Source of the DNA: Acutalibacteraceae bacterium
GTDB taxonomy: Bacteria > Bacillota > Clostridia > Oscillospirales > Acutalibacteraceae
Length of the DNA stretch: 44,564 nt
Assembly (NCBI GenBank): GCA_045635145.1
Contig: JAZRBQ010000150.1
Coordinates: forward strand, 1 to 44,564
Direction: 5' to 3'
Part shown: in pieces, positions 36,500 through 44,564 of the stretch
Layout of the letters: each line of letters opens with the position of its first letter
Position numbering within the stretch: the first letter of the stretch is position 1
The notes under the pieces: generated by a model
Seen by the model: the letters and a program-made list of their open reading frames with translations, nothing else
Database searches by the model: none
What the model was told of the DNA's origin: nothing
Position numbers and translations under genes: made by a program

Positions 36500-38104
36500 C
36501 TAATCAAGTTTAATTTTATATGATTCTATCGAAAAATAAATATCACTGGCTGAAGCCTTGTCATTATTTTCGATATTTTCATCGCAAAATAGCACACCTG
36601 TGCGGTAGCATACAGGAATTACGGGCATATCGCTTTGCAGTGTTACCGCAACGTCGCTAATAGAATTTTTACCCTTGTAATACCCGTTTATAACTGTGGC
36701 ACAATCGAGTAACTCTTTATTCTTGGTTTCTTCGTCCTTTGAATTCTCAAGCTTTTCGGTTTCATCCGTCTTTTTTACTTTAATGGCTGTCTTAACGCCA
36801 AAAGCCGCCGAGCCGTCAACCGATACAAGACTTGTAAAATCCATATTTTCGGTTATCTTAACCTCGCCTAAGTATAGCTCAAATTCGCCCTTTTTAAGAC
36901 GTCGCTTATACTCTTTAAACGAAACCTTTTCCACCCTTACGCCGATACCGTATTCCTTAAGTTGTTTGGCAATAAGGTTAGCCGCCAAAACGCGCATGTT
37001 ATTTTCCTTATTTACAAGTAAGGAAAATCTTAATACCGAGCCACCTTTTCTCAGATAGCCGTCCGTATCTAATTCATTATACCCTATTTGTTGCAAATTC
37101 TCAACAGTTATTTGCGAATTTCTATTAATTTGTATGTTTTGTACCGCCTTTGTAGGCTCCCAAACAGGATGGAAAAAGCCTGTTGCGGCGGTTGCATTGC
37201 CATAGAATGCACCTTCACAAATTTTTTGGCGGTCAATACCGCTTGATAAAGCCTGCCTTAATTCGTTTATGGCAAGGCGTTTATCCTTTAAATTAACACC
37301 AATATAAACCAAATTATTAAGGTTAATATCGGTTTTGCTACCACTCATACGAAGGATTTTGCCATCCGAAACATCGCTGTAATAGACGTCAGTAGCGCCA
37401 ATTTCAACGTAATGCGCCACCGATTCATCATCAGGGGCATTAATAAGGGTTATGTTTTTAACACTACTTTGCTTACCGTGATAATACTTATTGCGCAAAA
37501 GCTTGGTTTCTTCCTCATTAAGCTTATATCTGCCCGCGCCTATGGGGGCGAACTTCACGCTGTCAGAGTCGGTCTTCTTTTCACTACCCGCCTTAATTAT
37601 GGGAAAATCAAGCACGTTCGCAAAATGCTCATCGCGCTTTTTTAAGGTGAATTTTACCGTTCTATCGTTAACAGCTTCCGCCTTTTCAACCTCGTAAAGC
37701 TTGTATTTATACTGTGTTTTAGACTTTTTTGCAAGTTTATAGGAATAAACCACGTCATCAGACGTAAGGGGCGAGCCGTCGGAGAATTTTACGCTTTTAA
37801 TCGTTACCGTGCAAATATCCTTATCAATTTTTACGCTTTGCGCCAAACTATACTGCAAATTAAACTCATTATCTAATTTAACAAGCGGTTCATACAAAAG
37901 CTTGCATAATTGGCGGTTGGTTTCGGTTTTTGCATCATAAGGATTAAAGGTATCCGCCGCCGAATAAAGCAGGGTCATCTTGGTTGTATATCCCTGTTTT
38001 ACAGCGTCAACCATATCTGGTGATGAAGAAGTCACAGTTTCACTGCATCCGCAAAGGGTGAAAATAAAAACAAAACTCAAAATAATTGAAATTATTTTTT
38101 TCAT
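36500..38104 (-). CDS. ABC transporter substrate-binding lipoprotein, family 5 (peptide/nickel type)
   Basis: Lipoprotein signal with lipobox FTLCGC. SBP_bac_5-like sequence (NPYDAKTETNRQLCKLLYEPL, KFSDGSPLTSDDVVYSY, GAGRYKL). No permease or ATPase genes adjacent. Confidence 0.75.
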   Translation of the reverse strand: MKKIISIILSFVFIFTLCGCSETVTSSSPDMVDAVKQGYTTKMTLLYSAADTFNPYDAKTETNRQLCKLLYEPLVKLDNEFNLQYSLAQSVKIDKDICTVTIKSVKFSDGSPLTSDDVVYSYKLAKKSKTQYKYKLYEVEKAEAVNDRTVKFTLKKRDEHFANVLDFPIIKAGSEKKTDSDSVKFAPIGAGRYKLNEEETKLLRNKYYHGKQSSVKNITLINAPDDESVAHYVEIGATDVYYSDVSDGKILRMSGSKTDINLNNLVYIGVNLKDKRLAINELRQALSSGIDRQKICEGAFYGNATAATGFFHPVWEPTKAVQNIQINRNSQITVENLQQIGYNELDTDGYLRKGGSVLRFSLLVNKENNMRVLAANLIAKQLKEYGIGVRVEKVSFKEYKRRLKKGEFELYLGEVKITENMDFTSLVSVDGSAAFGVKTAIKVKKTDETEKLENSKDEETKNKELLDCATVINGYYKGKNSISDVAVTLQSDMPVIPVCYRTGVLFCDENIENNDKASASDIYFSIESYKIKLD

Positions 38105-38118
38105 TTTTATTTTCCTTT

Positions 38119-38898
38119 CTAAATATTAATTCTTTCTATCGCCACAGTTTTACCCGTTGCATCATCAATATCAAAAATACAGCCGTTTAGCATACATTCG
38201 CCGTTTGCTAATTCAAATTTCGACATATCGTTAGACTTGAGCCGATTTATAATAATTTCCTTTTTAACGCCCAAAACCGAATCACGAGGACCTGTCATAC
38301 CTAAATCGGTAATATAACCTGTTCCCTTTTCCAAAATTTGTTCGTCAGCAGTTTGCACATGGGTATGTGTGCCGAAAAACACCGACACCTTGCCGTCTAG
38401 ATAAAGCCCCAAAGCTCTTTTTTCGCTTGTAGCTTCGGCGTGAAAATCAACAACGATTATCCTTGCACCCTCTTTTTGAGCCCTTTCTATAAGCTCATCA
38501 GCAGCAGCAAAGGGACAGTCAGCACCCAAACGGTCAAGATAAATCTTACCGCTTAAATTTATAACCGCAACCTGTAATTTCCCAAAATCAACAAGGCAAT
38601 ATCCTTTACCATTTTGCGCTTCGGGAAGATTGTGCGGACGAAGACAACAATCGTTACTATCAAGATAATCGTAAACTTCACTCCGCCTTAAAGAATGGTT
38701 GCCGCCGGTTAAAACATCTGCGCCAATCGAAAACAAATAATCAGCGCTATAAGGTGTAACGCCGTTACCATCAGCCGAGTTTTCACCGTTTATTATTACC
38801 ATATCTGCCCGCTTTTCGCGCTTTAGTATGGGTAAAACTTTACGTACGTGTTCGCAACCGATACTACCACAAACATCGCCGATTGCTAATATTCGCAC
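38119..38898 (-). CDS. ymdB: TIGR00282-family metallophosphoesterase (YmdB-like 2',3'-cyclic-nucleotide phosphodiesterase)
   Basis: GTG start after GGAGGTGGAG. ILAIGDVCG, NGENSADGNG, GGNH and DFHAEATSEK metal-binding motifs typical of YmdB. Confidence 0.85.
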   Translation of the reverse strand: MRILAIGDVCGSIGCEHVRKVLPILKREKRADMVIINGENSADGNGVTPYSADYLFSIGADVLTGGNHSLRRSEVYDYLDSNDCCLRPHNLPEAQNGKGYCLVDFGKLQVAVINLSGKIYLDRLGADCPFAAADELIERAQKEGARIIVVDFHAEATSEKRALGLYLDGKVSVFFGTHTHVQTADEQILEKGTGYITDLGMTGPRDSVLGVKKEIIINRLKSNDMSKFELANGECMLNGCIFDIDDATGKTVAIERINI

Positions 38899-38960
38899 CT
38901 ACTCCACCTCCAAAGCACATATATATTTATTTTACCATATTTTAAAGTTTAAAACAACAA

Positions 38961-38990
38961 AAAAATTCCCGCTCGAAAGCGGGAATTTTT
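38961..38990 (-). terminator. rho-independent terminator after gap
   Basis: AAAAATTCCCGC-TCGAAA-GCGGGAATTTTT. On the minus-strand RNA the hairpin is followed by a T-run. Lies 14 nt after the gap stop. Confidence 0.8.
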
Positions 38991-39003
38991 GTTTAATTTG
39001 TCA

Positions 39004-40035
39004 TTAGATTTCAGCGAAGTACTTAATTGTACGAACCATTTGGCTGGTGTAGCTGTTTTCATTGTCATACCAAGAAACAACTTGTACTTCGTAAAGGTCG
39101 TCAGCAATCTTAGCTACCATTGTTTGAGTAGCATCGAAGAGAGAACCGTAACGCATACCAACAACGTCAGAAGAAACGATTTGGTCTTCATTGTAACCGA
39201 AAGATTCAGAAGCAGCAGCCTTCATAGCAGCGTTGATGCCTTCCTTAGTTACGTCTGCACCCTTAACAACAGCAGTAAGGATAGTAGTAGAACCGGTAGC
39301 AACAGGAACACGTTGAGCAGAGCCGATGAGCTTGCCGTTGAGTTCAGGAATTACAAGACCGATAGCCTTAGCAGCACCTGTTGAGTTAGGAACGATGTTA
39401 GCAGCGCCAGCGCGTGCACGGCGAAGGTCACCCTTTCTGTGAGGACCGTCAAGAATCATTTGGTCGCCGGTGTAAGCGTGGATTGTGCTCATGATACCGC
39501 TTTGGATAGCAGCATAATCGTTAAGAGCTTTAGCCATAGGAGCTAAGCAGTTTGTTGTGCAAGAAGCAGCAGAAATGATGGTGTCTTCCTTTGTAAGGAT
39601 ATCTTCGTTTACGCTGAATACAACTGTGGGAAGGTCGTTACCTGCGGGAGCAGAAATAACTACCTTCTTAGCGCCAGCATCGATGTGAGCTTGGCTCTTT
39701 TCCTTTGAGCAGTAGAAACCGGTGCATTCGAGAACTACGTCAACACCAAGTTCGCCCCAAGGAAGTTCAGCAGCGTTAGCTTTAGCATAGATTTTGAGAG
39801 TCTTACCGTCAACAGTGATGGTACCTTCTTCGTCGTTAGCAGAAACAGTGTGAAGATTTTCACCGATGTAACCGCAGTAACCGCCCTGTGCTGTATCATA
39901 CTTTAAAAGATTTGCGAGCATTGAGGGTTTTGTAAGGTCGTTGATAGCTACTACATCGTAACCTTCAGCGCCGAACATTTGACGAAATGCGAGACGACCG
40001 ATACGGCCGAAACCGTTAATTGCAACTTTAACCAT
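39004..40035 (-). CDS. gap: type I glyceraldehyde-3-phosphate dehydrogenase
   Basis: [12 protein letters not shown] motif and active site SCTTNCLAP. Strong SD AGGAGG. Visibly biased, highly-expressed-type codon usage. Confidence 0.95.
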   Translation of the reverse strand: MVKVAINGFGRIGRLAFRQMFGAEGYDVVAINDLTKPSMLANLLKYDTAQGGYCGYIGENLHTVSANDEEGTITVDGKTLKIYAKANAAELPWGELGVDVVLECTGFYCSKEKSQAHIDAGAKKVVISAPAGNDLPTVVFSVNEDILTKEDTIISAASCTTNCLAPMAKALNDYAAIQSGIMSTIHAYTGDQMILDGPHRKGDLRRARAGAANIVPNSTGAAKAIGLVIPELNGKLIGSAQRVPVATGSTTILTAVVKGADVTKEGINAAMKAAASESFGYNEDQIVSSDVVGMRYGSLFDATQTMVAKIADDLYEVQVVSWYDNENSYTSQMVRTIKYFAEI

Positions 40036-40174
40036 GGGAATATACCTCCTAAAATTTTTACTACTATATTTTACCCTATTTTAGTTACTATTTCAAGTAG
40101 TTTGTTTAAAATTTAACAATTTTTTTAATTTTTATATATATTGGCATAATAAATGTGTATTCGGGGGAGATTAT

Positions 40175-40720
40175 GTGATAATTTTGCCAAATAGCTTTGA
40201 AAGATACCTCTCTGCTTTGAGAATTTCGGTCTCAATTTCGATGTTAAAACACGGTTTACAGCAACGGCATATTGATAACTTAAGAAAAATTCACATCGCC
40301 GAGGCACTTTTGCACCAAACAGAACGCCAAAGCGTTGATATAAACAAATTATGTACAAATCTTTTAAGTGCTGTAAAAACAATCAAAACCCACTTTGATT
40401 TTAGGTGTAATGCTAATGGAAATTTTTCAATAAATAAAAATCTTTTTACCCTTTTGCTTTTGAGCATTTCCAAAAGTTCAAATAGTATTGATGTAACCGC
40501 AAGAAATGCATTTTTAGAAATTAAAGTGTCTCACAAAAGCGAAAAAGCGCTCTCTTTTGTGAGAGCGCTTAAGGGTTATTCGCTTTTTGAACTTAAAAGT
40601 CGGCAATCCTTAATCATAATTCCGATAAGGGAAACAAAAGAAGAATCCATACCTATTGAAAGTGAATGGGAATATATTTTCAATGAGTTTTCGGTTTTAA
40701 ATATATATTTTATCGATTAA
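40175..40720 (+). CDS. hypothetical protein (no family recognised)
   Basis: 181-codon open frame in AT-rich DNA. GTG start 5 nt after GGGGGAG. Ends 9 nt from the convergent gene at 40730, with no hairpin in between. Vague resemblance to the layout of a degenerate histidine-kinase-like ATPase lacking G-boxes, which is not enough for a call. Confidence 0.4.
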   Translation: MIILPNSFERYLSALRISVSISMLKHGLQQRHIDNLRKIHIAEALLHQTERQSVDINKLCTNLLSAVKTIKTHFDFRCNANGNFSINKNLFTLLLLSISKSSNSIDVTARNAFLEIKVSHKSEKALSFVRALKGYSLFELKSRQSLIIIPIRETKEESIPIESEWEYIFNEFSVLNIYFID

Positions 40721-40729
40721 CTGAATTTT

Positions 40730-41182
40730 TCAATCTTTATTCATCGAAACAAGCGTTACCTTTTTAACATTATTTTCGCCGTAACCCTCGCACCAAGTAA
40801 TATCACTCAATACGAATTTATTACCCCATAAATTATATCTGCCAAAAGCATAAAAAATCGTGCTGTTTTCTTCATCATTGGTTTCTATCGCCAACGGCTG
40901 ACCAAAACCATTACCTGCGCCCTTACACAATACATTTATATCATATTCATTCCCATCTATAACCATTTTGCCTTGTATTGGTGTTACGGTTTCGTCAAGA
41001 TTTTCCTTCGGGTACAACTCAAGCTGTAATTCTTCGCAAATCCAAGTCGTATTAGAATTTTCGAATTTTTCAATAACTTTAGATGTTCTTGTTAAAGATA
41101 AATCCAAAACACCGAAAAAGAGCGTTACAATAAATGTGAGCAATAAGACTACTGAAAAAAAGATTTTTCTATATTTTTTCAT
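40730..41182 (-). CDS. hypothetical membrane-anchored/secreted protein
   Basis: ATG 41182 lies 6 nt after GAGGTG (the ORF-track start at 41191 is a GTG inside the SD). N-terminal signal anchor FFSVVLLLTFIVTLFFGV, then a ~115-aa hydrophilic domain with three Cys. Confidence 0.55.
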   Translation of the reverse strand: MKKYRKIFFSVVLLLTFIVTLFFGVLDLSLTRTSKVIEKFENSNTTWICEELQLELYPKENLDETVTPIQGKMVIDGNEYDINVLCKGAGNGFGQPLAIETNDEENSTIFYAFGRYNLWGNKFVLSDITWCEGYGENNVKKVTLVSMNKD

Positions 41183-41206
41183 TTTAGACACCTCATATAT
41201 ATACCC

Positions 41207-41839
41207 TTACTTTTTATTCTCTATCTTCCACTTTTTAGCCTTTGTTCTGTAATATAAATCCCCTATTCCAATTATACCAATTCCCAAAGAGAAAAGCGAA
41301 ACTACAATGTTAAAAACGACACCTTCTTCGCCATAAAAGCATGCATAAATCGCCGTAAGCAATGCTAAAACGCCAATTGGAAAGGTGATAGCGCTTATAA
41401 CAGCCATCCTCTTCAAAAACTTCGCTTTATCTTCCTCATTTAAAAACATATATTGCGGTTTGCGTTCATCAAAAGGCTCATATTCGCAAGAAATTCTTTT
41501 AAGAATAACCGGCCAAAATATTAAAATCGCACCTAATTCAATGTCATCTGCTTTTAATTTCACATTATTTACGCCTTTAAAATTCGCAACAGTTATAATA
41601 GGAATATTTGTTTTAAACTCAATATCTAAGTAAAGTCTGCGTCTTATACCATCGCGCTTTAAATCAAAAACAGTTTCCTTTTTCGAATTTTTTAAACTTA
41701 AATATTTGATATTAAATTCGGGATTTTTAGCAATAATATCATCACTTATATCAACCGTTTCATTTATATCAAGATTAACCGAAAAAATTTCATTATAAAC
41801 CGCCACAACCCTTTGTGTGCAGTTTCTGATTTTTAACAT
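41207..41839 (-). CDS. hypothetical membrane protein (soluble N-terminal domain plus two C-terminal TM helices)
   Basis: ATG 41839 lies 2 nt after the stop of the upstream gene, with AAAGGA 6 nt upstream. C-terminal helices MAVISAITFPIGVLALLTAIYACF and VVFNIVVSLFSLGIGIIGIG, then a basic tail. Confidence 0.55.
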   Translation of the reverse strand: MLKIRNCTQRVVAVYNEIFSVNLDINETVDISDDIIAKNPEFNIKYLSLKNSKKETVFDLKRDGIRRRLYLDIEFKTNIPIITVANFKGVNNVKLKADDIELGAILIFWPVILKRISCEYEPFDERKPQYMFLNEEDKAKFLKRMAVISAITFPIGVLALLTAIYACFYGEEGVVFNIVVSLFSLGIGIIGIGDLYYRTKAKKWKIENKK

Positions 41840-41841
41840 AA

Positions 41842-42315
41842 TTAATCCTTTCTTGAACACTTTTCAGCATCAATCGCAAGCACCAGCATCAAGGCATATA
41901 CCGTATCCTGCGGATTAACAACGTCAATTACATAAGTGTCAGTCCAATTCCAAATTTCTTTAGATACATGAGCAACATTTTGACCGCTTGAATTTAGAAT
42001 CGAATATTCCCATTCAAACCAGTCACCGTCAACCTGCCAACCGTTGTAATCAATATTAAACTTTGGCTTAAAAAAGGTGAATTCCTTACTTATGCAACCA
42101 GTATAATTTCCGTCTATGTACATTTCAAACTTAGGCAACCAAGTGAAAACCTTTTCTTTTATATATCCTACTTCGTTTCCACCCGCGTCATAAATTCTAA
42201 GCAAATGTCCCCAGGCAAGCTCGCCTTTTACAACAAACACTGTATTGCCTGCTTCGTCATAAATATCGTAGCTGTCGAACCACGAAAAAAATCTTTGTTT
42301 AAATAATAATTTCAT
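41842..42315 (-). CDS. LURP-one-related / YxjI family protein (tubby/scramblase-like fold)
   Basis: LFKQRFFSWFDSYDIYDEAGNTVFVVKGE, repeated beta-hairpin pattern and a C-terminal hydrophobic helix VYALMLVLAIDAE, as in the DUF567/LURP-one family (from memory). SD GAGGT. Confidence 0.65.
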   Translation of the reverse strand: MKLLFKQRFFSWFDSYDIYDEAGNTVFVVKGELAWGHLLRIYDAGGNEVGYIKEKVFTWLPKFEMYIDGNYTGCISKEFTFFKPKFNIDYNGWQVDGDWFEWEYSILNSSGQNVAHVSKEIWNWTDTYVIDVVNPQDTVYALMLVLAIDAEKCSRKD

Positions 42316-42330
42316 TTTTCGAACCTCAAA

Positions 42331-42705
42331 TCAATTTTCAAAATAAAAATCAAAAAACTGGTCATTTACAAGAGCAACAGTTCCTACCGTTCCTTCATCA
42401 ACCGCAAGGTAAAGCTCCTCACTTACCGAATAGCGTTTGATTTCACCTGTAAACGTCGAAAAGGTTATATAAAACTCTTTGCGGCTTTCAGGCATTTTGA
42501 CACCGTAAGTTCTAACACCGCACTCTTTTTTTAGCACACTAGCTTCAATTTCAGTTATCGGTGCCATTTCAACCGGTTCTTCCAATTCTTTCAATGCTTT
42601 TTTATGCGATTTAACACTATTTATAATAACTTTTACAAGGCAAAATGCAAAACCCAGAATTACAACTAAAGCTAAAATTTGTCCTACTTTGTCCAAGTTG
42701 TTCAC
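42331..42705 (-). CDS. DUF2500-like small membrane protein
   Basis: N-terminal TM (ILALVVILGFAFCLVKVII) followed by a small beta-rich domain (ASVLKKE...EFYITFSTFTGEIKRYSVSEELYLAVDEGTVGTVALVNDQFFDF) resembling DUF2500 (from memory). The start may instead be TTG 42696, 8 nt after GGAG. Confidence 0.5.
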   Translation of the reverse strand: MNNLDKVGQILALVVILGFAFCLVKVIINSVKSHKKALKELEEPVEMAPITEIEASVLKKECGVRTYGVKMPESRKEFYITFSTFTGEIKRYSVSEELYLAVDEGTVGTVALVNDQFFDFYFEN

Positions 42706-42712
42706 TCCAAAA

Positions 42713-44113
42713 TCAATCGTTACTTATTAAATTCCTAACCCATATTCCCTTTTTTATCATCCAAAAACCAATCATACACTTAATCAAGTCAAGTGACTGC
42801 ACCAAAATATAAAGGGGTAAAATCGGCAAACGAGTGTAATTCGCAAGAGCAAAAGCAAAAGGCACTACCAAAATCCAAGTATATGCACTATCAAACAGGA
42901 ATGTTATTCCTGTTCTCCCACCCGAGCGAATTGTAAAATAACAATTATGTGCAAAAGCGTGAATCGGCATAAATGCTGCCGCTACTAATAAAAAGTAGGT
43001 TGCCATAAATTTAACGTCGGGTTCGGTTTTGTAAATATTGGGAATGAGCGGCGCAACAATCGCCATAGTTATACCGATTATAACACAATTAACTTCGGTA
43101 AAGGCAATCAGCTTCCAAACCGAAGATTTGGCTTCCTTGATTTCATTTGCGCCCAAATGCTGCCCTAAAATTATTGAAACGGCGTTACCCATTGATAAAA
43201 ATACAACGTTAAATAAATTAGTAACCGTATTAGAAATATTGACCGCCGCTACAACCGAAAGTCCCCTTGCGGAGTAGCATTGTAGCAATATCGCCATACC
43301 TGCCGACCATAAAAATTCATTGACAAGCAGTGGTGCACCCTTAGTAAAAACTTGTTTGCAAAGCAATTTTGGCACATACAGGCTTTTAAAAGCACCCTGA
43401 ATAAAGACGTATCTTTTACGTTTTATTATAGTTACAATTACAATAATCAGCATTTCAATATAACGCGACATAGCGGTAGCAATCGCCGCGCCTGTAACAC
43501 CCAACTTTGGAAAACCAAAATGGCCGAAAATGAGTAAGTAATTAAAAGTCAAATTCACAAGTATTGCCACTATGCTCGCTATCATCGGAAGTCGGGTTTC
43601 ACCCATTTCACGCAAGGTACTTGCAAAGACCTGCGAAATCGCAAAGGGTAAAAGTCCAAAAAGCGTTACCTTTAAATAACTGGTGGCATGTGTCAAGGTT
43701 GTAGCCGCATCAGCAGCACTTGTGCCTTCTGCAAAATACATCGAAATCAAAGGGTTTGCAAATTGCAAAAATACAACCAAGCTTAAGGCAAACATTACAA
43801 CCGATATTATAAACTTCATACGGAAGCAATATCTCACACCATCATAATCCTTTGCGCCTGCATACTGGGTAGAGAATATGCCCGCCCCTGCAAGACCGCC
43901 AAAAATACAAAGGTTGAATATAAAAATTAGTTGGTTAACAATGGCAACAGCCGACATTTCTAAAGTGCCGACACGCCCAACCATAACGTTGTCAAGTAAA
44001 TTTACAATGTTTGTAACCAACTGTTGTACGATAATCGGCACGACTATCGCAACCACGCGGGCATAGAAATGCCTGTTACCTATTAATTTGTTTTTAATTC
44101 TTGAAAGTTGCAT
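42713..44113 (-). CDS. MATE family efflux transporter
   Basis: 466 aa with 12 hydrophobic segments. N-terminal MATE pattern (VPIIVQQLVTNIVNLLDNVMVGRVG). SD AGGAGA. Confidence 0.88.
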   Translation of the reverse strand: MQLSRIKNKLIGNRHFYARVVAIVVPIIVQQLVTNIVNLLDNVMVGRVGTLEMSAVAIVNQLIFIFNLCIFGGLAGAGIFSTQYAGAKDYDGVRYCFRMKFIISVVMFALSLVVFLQFANPLISMYFAEGTSAADAATTLTHATSYLKVTLFGLLPFAISQVFASTLREMGETRLPMIASIVAILVNLTFNYLLIFGHFGFPKLGVTGAAIATAMSRYIEMLIIVIVTIIKRKRYVFIQGAFKSLYVPKLLCKQVFTKGAPLLVNEFLWSAGMAILLQCYSARGLSVVAAVNISNTVTNLFNVVFLSMGNAVSIILGQHLGANEIKEAKSSVWKLIAFTEVNCVIIGITMAIVAPLIPNIYKTEPDVKFMATYFLLVAAAFMPIHAFAHNCYFTIRSGGRTGITFLFDSAYTWILVVPFAFALANYTRLPILPLYILVQSLDLIKCMIGFWMIKKGIWVRNLISND

Positions 44114-44152
44114 TTTTATCTCCTATATATTCACTACACTAACAATATAACA

Positions 44153-44184
44153 CAAAAAAATAGAGATAGCAACCGCTATCTCTT
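44153..44184 (-). terminator. rho-independent terminator downstream of the 23S rRNA gene
   Basis: 9-bp stem AGAGATAGC (44162-44170) / GCTATCTCT (44175-44183), 4-nt loop. On the minus-strand RNA it is followed by ATTTTTTT. Confidence 0.7.
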
Positions 44185-44244
44185 AAAAATCATTATTGGC
44201 TCGCACCCTAAAAACTGAACAAGTAACGCGTGAGGATTGAAAAA

Positions 44245-44564
<320 letters not shown>

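Noticed and set aside
40125-40382. 85-aa ORF on the - strand between gap and the 40175 ORF
   Set aside because: Overlaps the gap promoter/leader region and the longer + strand ORF. No SD, and the basic, low-complexity translation is typical of AT-rich noise.

Overview
Chromosomal, mostly housekeeping window from a low-GC Gram-positive bacterium. It looks Clostridia-like, an inference from the yloU(asp23)-yloV-recG and ymdB gene order, strong GGAGG-type Shine-Dalgarno sites and frequent TAATG stop/start coupling. Contents, left to right: (1) potABCD polyamine ABC importer (+; potA cut by the window edge). (2) A small AT-rich two-gene module (short DUF2089-like HTH protein plus a membrane protein with an extremely acidic loop), bracketed by two near-identical ~40-nt hairpin elements. 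(3) A shortened Y1/RayT-like transposase-family ORF directly behind proC. (4) A 10-gene arginine+proline operon on the minus strand (argG-argH-argC-argJ-argB-argD-argF-proB-proA-proC), driven by a TTGCAT-17-TATAAT promoter overlapped by phased ARG-box-like sites. (5) typA, a DEDDh exonuclease and an NSS transporter. (6) A class A PBP. (7) A 1003-aa MacB/FtsX-type fused ABC protein. (8) An operon of alpha/beta hydrolase, membrane-anchored MurF-type ligase, ddl and a CDF transporter. (9) Nudix and an AraC-HTH::methyltransferase fusion. (10) recG, yloV, asp23, an orphan family-5 SBP and ymdB. (11) gap. (12) An AT-rich patch of five small uncharacterised genes. (13) A MATE efflux gene. (14) The 3' end of a 23S rRNA gene (minus strand, running off the window). 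I found no CRISPR array, tRNA, intact IS/prophage or recognisable defence system. The parts that best fit an undescribed system are the four-gene membrane-protein cluster at 40.7-42.7 kb, the membrane-anchored Mur-ligase/ddl operon at 25.9-30.7 kb, and the hairpin-repeat/RayT-remnant locus at 3.7-5.1 kb. All three are hypotheses built from reading the sequence. No database search was possible.
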